The notes under the pieces are model-generated. The model had not been told where the DNA came from, made no database searches, and was given only the letters and a program-made list of their open reading frames with translations. From assembly GCF_006345805.1 (NCBI RefSeq), contig NC_043011.1:33306464-33370463 (forward strand): a DNA stretch of 64,000 bases, in the 5' to 3' direction. The position numbers and the translations under genes were made by a program. This document shows, piece by piece, positions 26,099-38,015 of this stretch; positions within the stretch are counted from its first letter, which is position 1; every line of letters starts with the position of its first letter. Source of the DNA: Octopus sinensis (taxonomy: Eukaryota).

Positions 26099-26131
26099 GA
26101 GCTGAATACTTCCATCTGACACCAAGCGGAG
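26099..26131 (+). CDS. Candidate 33-nt symmetric microexon, (G)AEYFHLTPSG
   Basis: Acceptor ttgtttcttacatag, strong donor GAG|gtaaga, length divisible by 3, only one stop-free frame (phase 1/1). Confidence 0.45.
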
Positions 26132-26454
26132 GTAAGAAACAGTCTGAGCCTATTTTTTCTGCTGCTCCTGTGGCTGACATCCTTAATGCATTCTGTCACA
26201 TTGCCTGGAATCACTAGATTCGTTTCAAATCTGATTGGAAGAAACCATTTTTTCTTCTCTTTATTTTCCCTTTTTTCTACTCAATGCGGAACTACCCACT
26301 ATTTGAACTTGGTGACTCAGTGGTTACTTACAACAACTCTCCTGGACCGGATCATGACAAACTATATTTCGTTGCTACCATTACCCTCCTCAATAAACTC
26401 TCCGAGAGCTTTATAGTTGTCCCCTACTTTTTCTCTTTTTTTTTCTTTCTGACA

Positions 26455-26595
26455 ATGGAATTCATACGGCGCCACATAGGCGGTTGTGAAATAATTTCTG
26501 ATTCCAGACAAAGGTATCAGAGAAGAGATAATAGGGGCCCTACGAAAATTCCTTCAAAGGAAATGGCAGACCTTAACCTGAAGAGGGAAATTGAG
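26455..26595 (+). CDS. Candidate first coding exon of an unidentified host gene, MEFIRRHIGGCEIISDSRQRYQRRDNRGPTKIPSKEMADLNLKREIE
   Basis: Good start context ACAATGG, 47 open codons of non-repetitive GC-richer sequence, phase-0 donor GAG|gtaacc followed by T-rich intron-like sequence. Confidence 0.5.
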
Positions 26596-26954
26596 GTAAC
26601 CAGTTTTTGCTCTGGGCAAATACTGTTTGATTTCATTTTTCTTTTCTCTCTTTTGCTTTAAATTTATCTTATTTAAATTATTTTGTATTTTCACATTTTT
26701 AAATCCTTCTTTTAATACTTTTTGATGTTGTTATTTGGCAGTTATTGTCATCATTTTCAGCCTCATCTTCATCCTCATGTCTTAATTGTTATCAGCATCA
26801 TTGTGGCCATCATCATGTAACATGACATACAAAGCCAATCAAAGGAGCTTCCATGTGGTTACACGGCCTGCTAGAAATAGACAAATTTACCTTAAATTAC
26901 ACCCTACAATTTTATGTAAACAAACAACACATTAGGTAATGTATTCCTACTTAC

Positions 26955-27306
<352 letters not shown>

Positions 27307-30194
27307 ATAATTTCTTTCACCTCAACTGATAACTCATTACATGTTCTGTTAATTTGTCTGTCTGTCTGTCTCATTCCTTCATTTTAATTTTTCTTTTCCT
27401 GATCTCTTTAAGCAAAGTTCATCTTTGTGCCATTTTTGCTTCACTGTATCTCTTTATTCCTAGTCTCTCTCCCTTAACACATTTTCCTCTCTCTCTTTTG
27501 CTCACTCACTCACTCATTCCTATCACACATCTCTCCCACAGTCTATCAAGTGTTGCCTCCCCACCACCTCATCCTTCCACAATTTCCATTCCACTGTTTT
27601 ACTTGAAAGGAGACCTACCTCCATTCATTGTCAAACAGCTTGTAGAAATTGTCTCATTGCCAAGGAGTGAGAGATGAGAGAATGAGGGGAGTAACTTTCA
27701 TTATTAGGACAACACGGTCAGGGTGGAGTGGGGTGAAAAAGAGGAAGAGTAGGAGGAGGGAAAGTGTAAGCAAGTGAAAAAGCTTGAGTTGTGTGGGTTG
27801 CTGTCAGGTCATTAGGATTACCTAATAAATTAGACTTAATTATTTCACGTGTACCAAATACTTACCTTCCCTGTTTAGAGCATTGAGTACATTAATGCAC
27901 CAAGGTTTGGTGCTTCTCAGCTATGAGTTCAAATCTTGCTAGCAACACTGATGATCATCAAGGAGAGAAAGACTTGCTTTTAGTTATTCAGTTTTTTTCT
28001 TCAAGGTTCAGGCATGGCTGTGTGGTTAAGAAGTTCACTTGGAACAAATGGTTTCAGGTTCAGTCCCACAGCACAGCATCTTGGGCAAAACTTCTCTATT
28101 GTAGTGCCAGGTTAACCAGTGCTTTTTGAGTAAGTTGGCAGGTGGAAACTGTGGAAGCCCATTGTATATATGTATATATATGTATATATCTTTGTCCACA
28201 CCACTGCTTGACAACCTGTCTTTTGTTTATATCAATATAAATTAGTGGCTCGGCAAACGAGACTGATAAAATAGATTTAAAACCGATTTCTTCAACCGAA
28301 CTTTTCAAAGTGGTGCCCCAGCATGGCCACAGTCCAATGTCAGAAACAAGTAAAAGATAAAAAAATAAGTAATGCATTTGTCTGCTTTTTGTTCCACCTA
28401 CCCATCCCAGATGTCCAAGCTTGATGACTGGACTTTTGCCACATCCTGGTTGTAACCTAATGATTCCACTCCCCCACCCCCCCACTTCCCTGCTCTTCTA
28501 TATCTTATTCACTCCACTGGCACCACCACTGTCTTATCTCTTCTCCACGCCATGCTAATTAATGCTGCTAAGAAAGTCTGGGAAGACAGGTAAAGGCTAT
28601 AAAGATCAGGTGTAGTGGCACAAGCATTAAAGGACCTGCACAAAAATTAGGAAGAAACCAGCCACGCTTGTCTTATCTTCTTCCTAGAGCATGGAGGTCT
28701 CTACCATTGTCTATATTGACAAATATACCCCTTTGTCACCCGTAGGTATTCTTTCTGTTGTTCTTTTGTATTCCCCCCCCCTTTTTTTTTAAATTCATTT
28801 ATTTCGCTTTGCTTTCATATCTATTAATTGTTTCAGTCTTCAGACTATGGCCATGCTAGAATAACACCAAATAGTGTTCAGCTGCACAAATCTACCTTAG
28901 TACTTATTTGTTTAGTCTGGTTCTTATTCTGTCAGTCTTTCTTGCCAGACTGCTATGTTAGGGAAATATAAACAAGCCAACCTTGTTTATCAAGCAGTGG
29001 AAAAAGGATCAAACATGTGCACACATGCACACACATACACACACAACAACAAGCTTCCACACAGTTTCCATCTGCCAAGTTCACTCACAAAGCTTTGGTT
29101 GGCCCAGGGCTATGGTAGAAGACATTTGTCCAAGGTGCCCCAATTTGGGACTGAACCCAAAACAATGTGGTTACAAAACAAGTTTCTTAACCACTAACCA
29201 TGCCTTATTTTACATCAAGTTTTTTCCTTCTTTTTTATTTAATGCCTGAGTTGCCAGAATATTTTTTGTTTGTTTTTGTTATTTATGTTGTTTATCCTTG
29301 ATCAAGTAGTCTTTGATCAAAAGTGTTCCAACCATGACGAACACTTCTAGTACTACATTATCTAATATGTCTCTCCTTTTGCATGATGAAAAGTTGGAAA
29401 TATAAATTTGTGGATAAATTTGGTGGTTCTTTCTTCCAAGCTGAGCTACTATGTAGAGGCTCCTTTGCTGGCTATTTCAGTCCCAGATCAGCTCTGACTG
29501 AGCAGACCTATGGATGACTTTTTTTATCGTTGAAGTGGCAAACTACAAAAGAAATGTGTGAGTTTTTCCTGTCAAACAGTTTGACCGGAAATTCTAGAAA
29601 GATGGCTTGCAGTTATAAAAAACTGACAACTTCCACCTCAGACCAAAACGCCTATTGCTGTTTTAGGGAATCTATGTGAGTTAGTCTCTAGCCCTCTCTG
29701 TCAATTTTCTCTTATATTATGGTTATGTCATACTTGACAATCAACACTAATCTTATATATACACACACACACTTTAAATACAATGATGCAGGTTTATAAA
29801 ATGTCTGAAACTCAAACTTTAATGTGGTCATTATTGATCCATACAACCTCCTCACATTGTGAATACCTTAAGAAGAAAATATGACTAACCACCAGACTAA
29901 AGAAGCTAGAGAAAAGAATATGGAGAATGGTGGGTATTCAGCTGTAGAAATAATCGTTCCAATTAATCTGCAAAAGATAGGACTAAACTTTCTCTTTCAG
30001 TTTACATCCTACTGTTCTTATGAAAGGTAATGACACATAAACACCGGCTGTGTGGTTAAGAAACTCACTTTGCAACTCTGTAGTTTCAGGTTCAGTGCCA
30101 GTGTACAGTACCTTCAGCATTTGTCGTCATCTATAGCCCATGATCAACCAATGGTTTGTGAATGAATTTGGTAGGCAGAAACGGGGTGGGAGAT

Positions 30195-30548
30195 AAGGCG
30201 GTGATGTAATTGGGGTCGATGTAATTGACTTCATCCCTTTGTTCTTGTTTGTCCCCTCTATGTTTAGCCCGTTGTGGGCAATAAAGAAATAAGAAACAGG
30301 GTGGGAGATAAGGCGGTGAGCTGGCAGAAACGTTTGCACGCCGGGCGAAATGCTTAGCAGTATTTCGTCTGTCACTACATTCTGAGTTCAAATTCCGCCA
30401 AGGTCGACTTTGCCTTTCATCCTTTCGGGGTCGATAAATTAAGTACTAGTTATGCACTGGGGTCGATGTAATCGACTTAATCCCTTTGTCTGTCCTTATT
30501 TGTCCCCTCTATGTTTATCCCCTTGTGGGCAATAAAGAAATAAGAAAC
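30195..30548 (+). mobile_element. SINE family B (internally deleted copy plus full copy in tandem) inserted in a family-A-like SINE
   Basis: aggcggtgagctggcagaaacg...gagttcaaattcc...aataaagaaataagaaa. The target sequence agaaac(a/g)gggtgggag is present three times. Confidence 0.8.
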
Positions 30549-30814
30549 AGGGTGGGAGCTCATCAGATGCATGTGTGTTTGTGCTTGTGATTGATTCCTC
30601 GCTCTACTGCTAAACAACTGATGTTAGTTTGTTTACATCCCTGTTCAGCAAAACAGACTGACAGAATAAGTGCCAGATTTCAAACAAAATAGTATTGTCC
30701 AACTAAACCCTTCAATGATTGAAACAAGTAAAAGATAAAAGAAAAGATTAAAGCTAAGATAATGTAGTCTAGGTTATACATATATAAAATAATTGATAAT
30801 AATTATAATAATAA

Positions 30815-31035
30815 TAATCCTTTCTCTTATAGGCACAAGGCCTGAAATTTTAGGAGAGGGAGCCAGTCAATTAGATCAACCCCAGTATGCAACTGGTACT
30901 TATTTTATTGACCCCCGAAAGGATGAAAGGCAAAGTTGGCATCGGTGGAATTTGAACTCAGAACTTAGCAGCAGACAAAATACCGCTAAGCATTTTGCCT
31001 GGCGTGCTAATGATTCTGTCAACTTGCTGCCTTAA
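30815..31035 (-). mobile_element. SINE family B variant with (ATT)n tail
   Basis: Head is the reverse complement of 30312-30450. Relatives at about 15500-15680, 38845-39070 and 55815-56000. Confidence 0.75.
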
Positions 31036-32509
31036 GAATAATTACAATAAAGATAATAATGATAATAAACTTGATGGTCACAGGTGGTATGTCTTCGATC
31101 GTTGGACTGTTCTATCATAGCTAACCTTGTGGGGGTGGGGGAGTAAAACAAAAATTGGTTCAGCTGTTGTTAAATGTCCAATGTGTGAATATGATAGTGT
31201 TGTTATAGTTCAGCTTCTAGTCAACTTTGGTCAAGCTGTTTTAACAGACCATTCCAAAGTCATTCCAGCCATGACCATTCCAGTTTTTGGGAGGCTGGGG
31301 TATGTATCTAGGACCTCATTATAGAATGTATTGTTCCTTTATTTAAAACAATTGGGTGTGATTTAAAGGAGGTTTGACTGCTATCTCTAGCACGCTGTGC
31401 CCCATACAGAAACAGCCTGATTCACGCTCATCTTACAGTAAATGTCATAATGGGTTATGAATTACTTCCCTTATGTGTGTGGTTTTTGTCGTTGCTGTTG
31501 TTGTTTTAAGATTTTTCCCCTCTGTTTTTATTTGTGATTTACTGACAACAGGGTTTAAAGTTAAGACAGGATATAATTAATAATTGACAATATCTGTTAT
31601 TATCCAATGTGTGTAATTATTCATTATGAATTCTTCCAACAACTTGAAAGCTTTTAACATTTTTAACTGCTTGATACCCTTTGCAGTTACAACGAATATA
31701 TATAATTATGTGTGCATGTGCATATATACACACAAAACACATACAGAGACAGTCTTTGTTTGCCTGTCTCTCTCCTCTATGTCTACTTCTCACTTTTTCT
31801 CCAACTGTCATTCTGTCTGTCTCCCTACATGCCTCTTACATACATATACAAACACAATTTTAAAAGTATTTATGAATGTATACAACGGTTCCTCTTAGTG
31901 TTACTAGTAACATGTAATCCAGTACAACCTATCACATGGTCAGGCCATCAGCAGACAAACTGATAGCCCTACCAATCCTGTTTGGTAAGGAGGGTAGATT
32001 TCACTGGACATTCTGCAAGATGGGTAAGAAAACCTCTCAATGACCATCCAACAATTGGAAATCTGAGATTCCTAGTCTTTGTTAAAACATCTCTCTAGAA
32101 AGAGGAAAACTCTGATCCAACACCTGTGATTTCATTTACATCCTATGATGTACACTAAACCTTCGTTTTAGGGAAATGCATATGTAATTTAGAAGTGTGA
32201 TTGACAGGTGTTTTCATCATTTTAAAAAGCATCAGGGGAAAATGAACCTGTAACTTGTAAATGAAACAACCTTTTCTCCAAATATCTTCCTATCAATATG
32301 TCTGTCTAAAATGCTGTCGCAGAAACTGTGAATAGTAATGAATGACAAGTAATTAACCAAACCCAGTGTTTTATTTCTGAAGGTCCAATCAGAAATGTTC
32401 CAGACTGTGTGATCCGTTTTGTTGCATTGCAGGTTTGACTTTTAATTACATCAAGTCAACTTCATTGTTTTGTCCTTCAAGGAATTTAATAAAATAAACA
32501 AGTAACATT

Positions 32510-32650
32510 GCAGAATGTGAGGGCATAGTGGAATGTGAAGCCTTAGCAGAATGTGAGAGCATAGTGGAATGTGAGGGTTTAGCGGAATGTGAAGGTGCAT
32601 TGCAGAATGTGAAGGCATAACGGAATGTGAAGGTGCATAGTGGAATGTGG
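32510..32650 (+). repeat. 18-20-bp minisatellite x ~8 (g(c/t)(a/g)gaatgtgaaggcata)
   Basis: gaatgtg recurs every 18-20 nt. Confidence 0.85.
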
Positions 32651-32897
32651 CATGGTGGTTAGGATATTGTGCTTGTGATTATAAGATGCATTAGGTTCTT
32701 GATCCAGTCCGCTCTGCAGTAAATGAGCTCCAACAATAGCTGGGAAGTTAACCCTGTGGTGGACTGGTGTCCTATTCAGTGGGAGAGTGTTGTATTCTCA
32801 GTCACTTAGATGCTATGTAAACTGGGTTAATCTCCATCCTTATGAGTCTATCTATTCATATCTATCTATCTATCTTTATATCTATCTATCTATTCAT

Positions 32898-33340
32898 ATC
32901 ATCATCATCATTTAACGTCCGTTTCCCATGCTGGCATGGGTTGGACGGTTCGACCGGGGTCTGGTAAGCCATGGAGGCTGCACCAGGCTCCAGTCTTATT
33001 TGGCAGTGTTTCTACAGCTGGATGCCCTTCCTAATGCCAACCACTCCGTGAGTATAGTGGGTGTTTTTTACATGCCACCAGCACAGGAGCCAGTGCAGGC
33101 TGGCAAACGGCCACGATCGGTTGGTGCTTTTACATGTCACCGACACGGACGCCAGTCAGGCAACACTAGTCACTGCCACACTTGAACAGTGCTTTTACGT
33201 ATCGCCAGCACTGGTGTCTTAACTACAATTACCATTTGAATTTTTTATGTTGACGAACTTGATTCAACAGGTCTCCTCAAGAACAGTGAGTCACTCTACG
33301 ATCCAAGGTTAGCACAGCAGGCCGTCCTGTGAGCCATGAA
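32898..33340 (-). mobile_element. RTE-type 3' tail repeat
   Basis: (CAT)n followed by ttaacgtccgtttcccatgctggcatgggttggacg... Confidence 0.7.
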
Positions 33341-34357
33341 CTCATATCTATCTATCTATTCATATCTATCTATCTATCTACATGTCTGTCTGTCTATCTA
33401 TCTATCTATCTACATGTCTGTCTGTCTGTCCATCCATCCATCCACCCACAGAGTTTCTGTCTCCTAAATTCACTCACCAAGGCATTGGTTGGTCTCGGGT
33501 TATACTAGAAGACACTCTCCAAAAGGATCATGCCATGGAACTGATCTCAAAACCATGAGGTTACAAAGCGAGCTTCTTAACTACACAGCCATGCCTGCCA
33601 TTCATTTTTTTGTATTTGCATACAAGAATTATCAGTCGCTTATCTTCACAGACCTCACTCTCCTTCCTCTCATTCTCCCTCCCTCTTTCTCTCTCTCTCA
33701 CACACACCACTACACCCAGTCACTCACTGACCTCTACTCCTTCCCCGACTCCTACATCCTACCTATGACTCCATTAGCTCAATGTACCTCTTTACACATT
33801 GCTTTGATATTTGCAATTATTTCTCATCATCTGGCAGTCAAGAGATAATTTATCGCTAAATGTTCTGGTGTCGTTTAACTTTGCATTTATATAAGTGTAG
33901 ATGCATGTGAATTTCTGTGTACATGTATCTGTCCATCTGTGCTAATTTGTGTGAGTCAGGAATGTGTGTATGTATGCATGTGTATGTGTTGTGCATATAT
34001 TGGTATGTATGAAAATGTTATGTAGTAAATTTGGTGTGTATGTGTAAAATTATTGTCACAAATACTTACCTCACATAAACGCATGCTCTCTCTGTCTCTG
34101 TCTCGCACACACATACACATAAACACACACACACACACATACACACACATGAGGGAGGTGTACTGTGCATCTCCATTATTTTAGGATAGATATAACATAT
34201 TCCTGTGTTTTAGAACATGACTAAATTGGTTAGTAACAGGAAGAGCATCTGGTCGTAAAACACTGCCTCTGAAAACACATCAGATTCATTACCAGCATGG
34301 AAAAGCAGGTGTAGATCAAGGATGATGATGTGCATGTGTGTGCAATCATACATGAAC

Positions 34358-34397
<40 letters not shown>

Positions 34398-34523
34398 ATG
34401 GATGGATGGATGAAAGAGTCCTCCATCAATTTTGACTGAGTAGTACCTTCAAGTATCTTCAGCTAGCTCTGGGTACTGACTAGATCCTCGTGAGAGGACT
34501 GAAACTGAAAGAAGTCTATTGGG

Positions 34524-34557
<34 letters not shown>

Positions 34558-34561
<4 letters not shown>

Positions 34562-34790
34562 CAAATTTACAGAAAACAAAAGATGAAGACAAGTGAGGGA
34601 ACAACAAGACGGTGTTTTAGTTTAATGCTTGGGAAGAATGGAAAATTCTTTGATATTTCATGCCTATGCTCTTCAACAGAAAGGATTGGGAGAAAAAAAA
34701 ATGGAGAAAGAATGAAAATAAAATGGTGAGAGAAAAACATATGTTGGAATTAATGGTTCAATATGATGAAATGACCGGAAGAAAGAGGCT
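34558..34790 (-). mobile_element. Short PLE-like pLTR fragment with degenerate hammerhead (U6 family, motif 34648-34683)
   Basis: Minus strand: cttt CTGTTGA A gagc atag gcat GAAAT ATC aaag. Abuts (TA)n. Confidence 0.55.
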
Positions 34791-35006
34791 ATGTGTGCAT
34801 ATATAAATATATATATATATATGTGTGTGTGTGTATATATATATGTGTGTGTATATGTGTGTATTGAAATTTTTTTCTTGGGGGACACATTTTTCGTGGT
34901 AATGACAATTTGACATCTATCTTTAGCATATAGGGTGTCCACTTTAGTGGTCATTCCTCTAAATTTTGTATATGTTTGTGTGTATATATATGTGTGTGTG
35001 TATATG

Positions 35007-35061
<55 letters not shown>

Positions 35062-35092
35062 GGCAGATGGAATTTACAAGAATTTATTATTA

Positions 35093-35198
35093 ATCACGAT
35101 AATTGTTTCGACACATCTAACATCGATTCCTCATGGGTGGGATACTCAACAACTGGTTCAGGAGCATCCAGCAGTGCAGATATATCTTGTCAGGTGAT
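35093..35198 (-). ncRNA. Hammerhead-like motif with long branched stem II (degenerate)
   Basis: atcac CTGACAA gatatatct...[ggatgctc/gagtatcc helix]...agatgtgtc GAAA caa tta TC gtgat. Stem I is 5 bp and stem II 9 bp. Confidence 0.65.
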
Positions 35199-35334
35199 AA
35201 AATAAATACAACTCAAAAGAATAACTGTTCCATAGCAGCGTAACTTCCCGTTTTGTAAAAAGAATAGCAGCTTATTAGAACACAGAATCGATGGATTGTA
35301 TATTCATTTCTCTTTTTTACCATCTGTGATTTTA

Positions 35335-35976
35335 TTTTTCATCTTGCCATACCTCCAGAAAGAGTCAGATGTGGTGCATGGAGAATTTCTATGACTTCAT
35401 CAGCCCCAATTTGTAGCCTCCTAACCCTCCTGATTATAATTCCATGGATTACTATGTGTAGGGCATGTTTTGCCTGCAACATTAAGGTTGAGATTGTGTC
35501 CCAGATCAAAGTGTTCAAAGAACATCCCATGGACATAATGAAGAATGCATGTACCAGATTCCAGAGCCATCTTGAGGCTGTGGAAGTAGCTGAGAGTGAC
35601 TACTTTAAGTAACTGCTATCTCCTGGCCGTAATCTTGTTGATATTTTTTTAATAGGATATTGTTTATTTACCTTCCATAAAATCTGTTAAATTTAGTCTG
35701 AACATACTGTTCTATATTTTAGAGATGAGAAATTCTGTAAATTATTTACATTGGACGGATATGTGTCCTCATCTTGTTTGTTGTTACGACAATGTTTCGG
35801 CTGATTTACTCTCCAGCCTTCTTTAGGTGAATGAGAACACTGAGTCGGGTTCAAAATTCCACCAGGACAACTGAAGAAGGCTGGAGAGTATATCAGCCAA
35901 AACGTTATGGTAACAGCAAACAAGATGAGGACACGTATCCATCCAATGTAAATAATGTTAGTCTGAACACCCTGTA
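35335..35976 (+). mobile_element. Tc1/mariner (maT-like) transposase 3' relic; its TIR is interrupted by the 35705-35957 insert
   Basis: Degenerate SPNL*PPN..DYNSMDYYV*G and ACTRFQSHLEAVEVAESDYF peptides. TIR end gaacaccctg-TA. Confidence 0.6.
35705..35957. mobile_element. 253-bp inverted-repeat mini-element carrying two divergent hammerheads, 12-bp TSD
   Basis: TSD ttagtctgaaca at 35693-35704 and 35958-35969. Arms about 35741-35829 and 35868-35956. Consensus CTGAAGA A GGCTG..CAGCC GAAAC GTT. Confidence 0.85.
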
Positions 35977-36284
35977 TATATATATTAATGTTTATCTTTA
36001 TGTCAACTATAATGAAACAAAGTAACATTAAACCAAAGAATTAATAACTTTTTGTGGAATACTTATGTATTATACTGGTTACAAGAAGGAAGTTGATAGT
36101 GACTTCAAAGTTCCAGCCTGCTATTGAGTCGTCCTTTATTGTAAAAGCCATAATGTGAGTCTTTGTATAATGTGTGTATATCTAATATAGAAAACAGAAA
36201 AAAAGCTGTAACACCACATATACATATGAATGTGCATAAGTACATATATATATATGTGTATGTGTGTGTATTTGTGTGTAATAC

Positions 36285-36340
<56 letters not shown>

Positions 36341-36345
<5 letters not shown>

Positions 36346-36550
36346 TAAATTAGAGATAAAACCACTATTAGGCAAATCAAACAGTGAAAAACATAAACCA
36401 AAACATAGAAATAAAATTAATTAATATAATGTTTGATTTGCCTAATAGTGGTTTTATCTCTAATTTAATTTATATTTATACTGTAAAATTAGATTTAATC
36501 CTAAATCTAATTTTTCCCTGTAAGTTTGGATTTACTCCCTAATATTATTA
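36341..36550. repeat. Perfect 43-bp inverted repeat with one-sided extension, between (TA)n tracts
   Basis: 36341-36383 is the reverse complement of 36430-36472. Extra hairpin aaaattagattta-atcc-taaatctaatttt. Confidence 0.85.
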
Positions 36551-36551
36551 T

Positions 36552-36610
<59 letters not shown>

Positions 36611-36729
36611 GTATGTATACTCACTCGCACACATATATACCCATATATACTTACACATACATGCATATATTTGGTGGAACAAATTGAATAAACAGAACTT
36701 AATGCATGAGTACATGTGTGTGTGTGGTG

Positions 36730-37017
36730 TGATTGTTGCCAGAGCAGCAAACTGGCCTCCATGCCAGTAGCATGTAAAAAGCACCATTCGAGCGTGATCG
36801 TTACCTGCATTGCCTTACTGGCTCCTGTGCAGGTGGCACATAAAAAGCACCCACTACACTCTTGGAGTGGTTGGCATTAGGAAGGGCATCCAGCTGTAGA
36901 AACTCTGCCAGATCAGATTGGAGCCTGGTACAGCCATCTGGTTCACCGGTCCTCAGTCAAATCGTCCAACCCATGCTAGCATGGAAAGCAGACATTAAAC
37001 GATGGTGATGATGATGA
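36730..37017 (+). mobile_element. RTE-type 3' tail repeat
   Basis: Matches the 7380-7745 family. Confidence 0.75.
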
Positions 37018-37032
37018 TATATATATATATAT

Positions 37033-37551
37033 TATGTGAAATAGAAAGATGAATAATCTTGTAGTAGATTAATCAAAAGTTTAACCGATACCTTAGTAGC
37101 AAAAATCACAGCAGTAAACAGCACGGTTGGAGGTACAACCATCTGGCGTTGCAACCGTGCGTTGGTGCGGATAATTGAAATTAAAACATTATTGGTGAAT
37201 TGAAGAAATGGAGCTGAACGCAGATTGAACAGAAATCGTTTTATTTCATTCTACACGTGTTTCGAAAGGCACAAATTACCAAAATCCGATTGAATAATGG
37301 GACCATATTGTGTCTTTCTCTTCAGGAAGAAAAAAGGAAATCCGTTGGAAAAACAAAAACAGAACAGAGGCGGAGCAAAAACAAATCGAACTATGCTCCT
37401 AAGAGCCCATGGCGAAACTGTTTATCAGTGTATGTTGAGAACCGGTGGCTGAAGAATTCAACGGGTCAGGCATCGGTCAATCATGTGGGTGAGGGTGTAT
37501 AGATGTTCTTTGTGACCGAGAATAAAGTTCTGACTATTTAAGGAATATTGG

Positions 37552-37557
<6 letters not shown>
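37033..37557 (-). mobile_element. PLE-like 3' terminal fragment between (TA)n tracts
   Basis: Unique CpG-retaining sequence bounded by (TA)n and containing a canonical hammerhead. Confidence 0.65.
37244..37332 (-). ncRNA. Hammerhead ribozyme, type I minimal, canonical core
   Basis: Minus strand: ttc CTGAAGA gaaagacacaa...ttgtgcctttc GAAA cac gtG TA gaa. Stem II 10/11 bp, palindromic stem III ACACGTGT, GUA triplet, predicted cut between 37252 and 37251. Confidence 0.85.
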
Positions 37558-37589
<32 letters not shown>

Positions 37590-37591
<2 letters not shown>

Positions 37592-37867
37592 CATGGACTC
37601 TCCTATCATTAAACAACATATGAGGGTTTGACAATTTCTTGCTGAACAACTTCACAGATGGTTTGTTTATAGCAATCAAATGTTTGTGTAGACATAAGCT
37701 CACTCCCTCCATCAAGTCAACATAACCTGTACAGATGCAATGGGTGCCACATGTCAGATGATGAAATGATTGCAGAGCAACATGAAATAAAGTGCTTTGC
37801 TCAAGAACACAACACAATGCCCAGTCTCGCAATTGTGAGTGCAACACCCTAACCACTAAGCCATGCA

Positions 37868-37872
<5 letters not shown>
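37590..37872 (-). mobile_element. tRNA-derived SINE family C
   Basis: Minus-strand head ggtgcatggcttagtggttagggtgttg. Relatives at about 16923, 50660, 52065 and 62315. Confidence 0.7.
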
Positions 37873-37902
<30 letters not shown>

Positions 37903-37907
<5 letters not shown>

Positions 37908-38015
37908 AACGTAAAAGACTTGTTTTATTTCTATTCCTGAGCGCCATACTAATACAATTGTTTGTTTGTACTCCACCTGCCTTCGTCTTTTGTTTATTTT
38001 CGTAAAGCTTCCTGT
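37903..38015 (+). mobile_element. pLTR fragment of the U6-HHR family, truncated within the ribozyme
   Basis: Starts at cgaaacgtaaaagac after (CT)n and ends in (TA)n. Reverse-complement homolog of 2853-2965. Confidence 0.55.
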
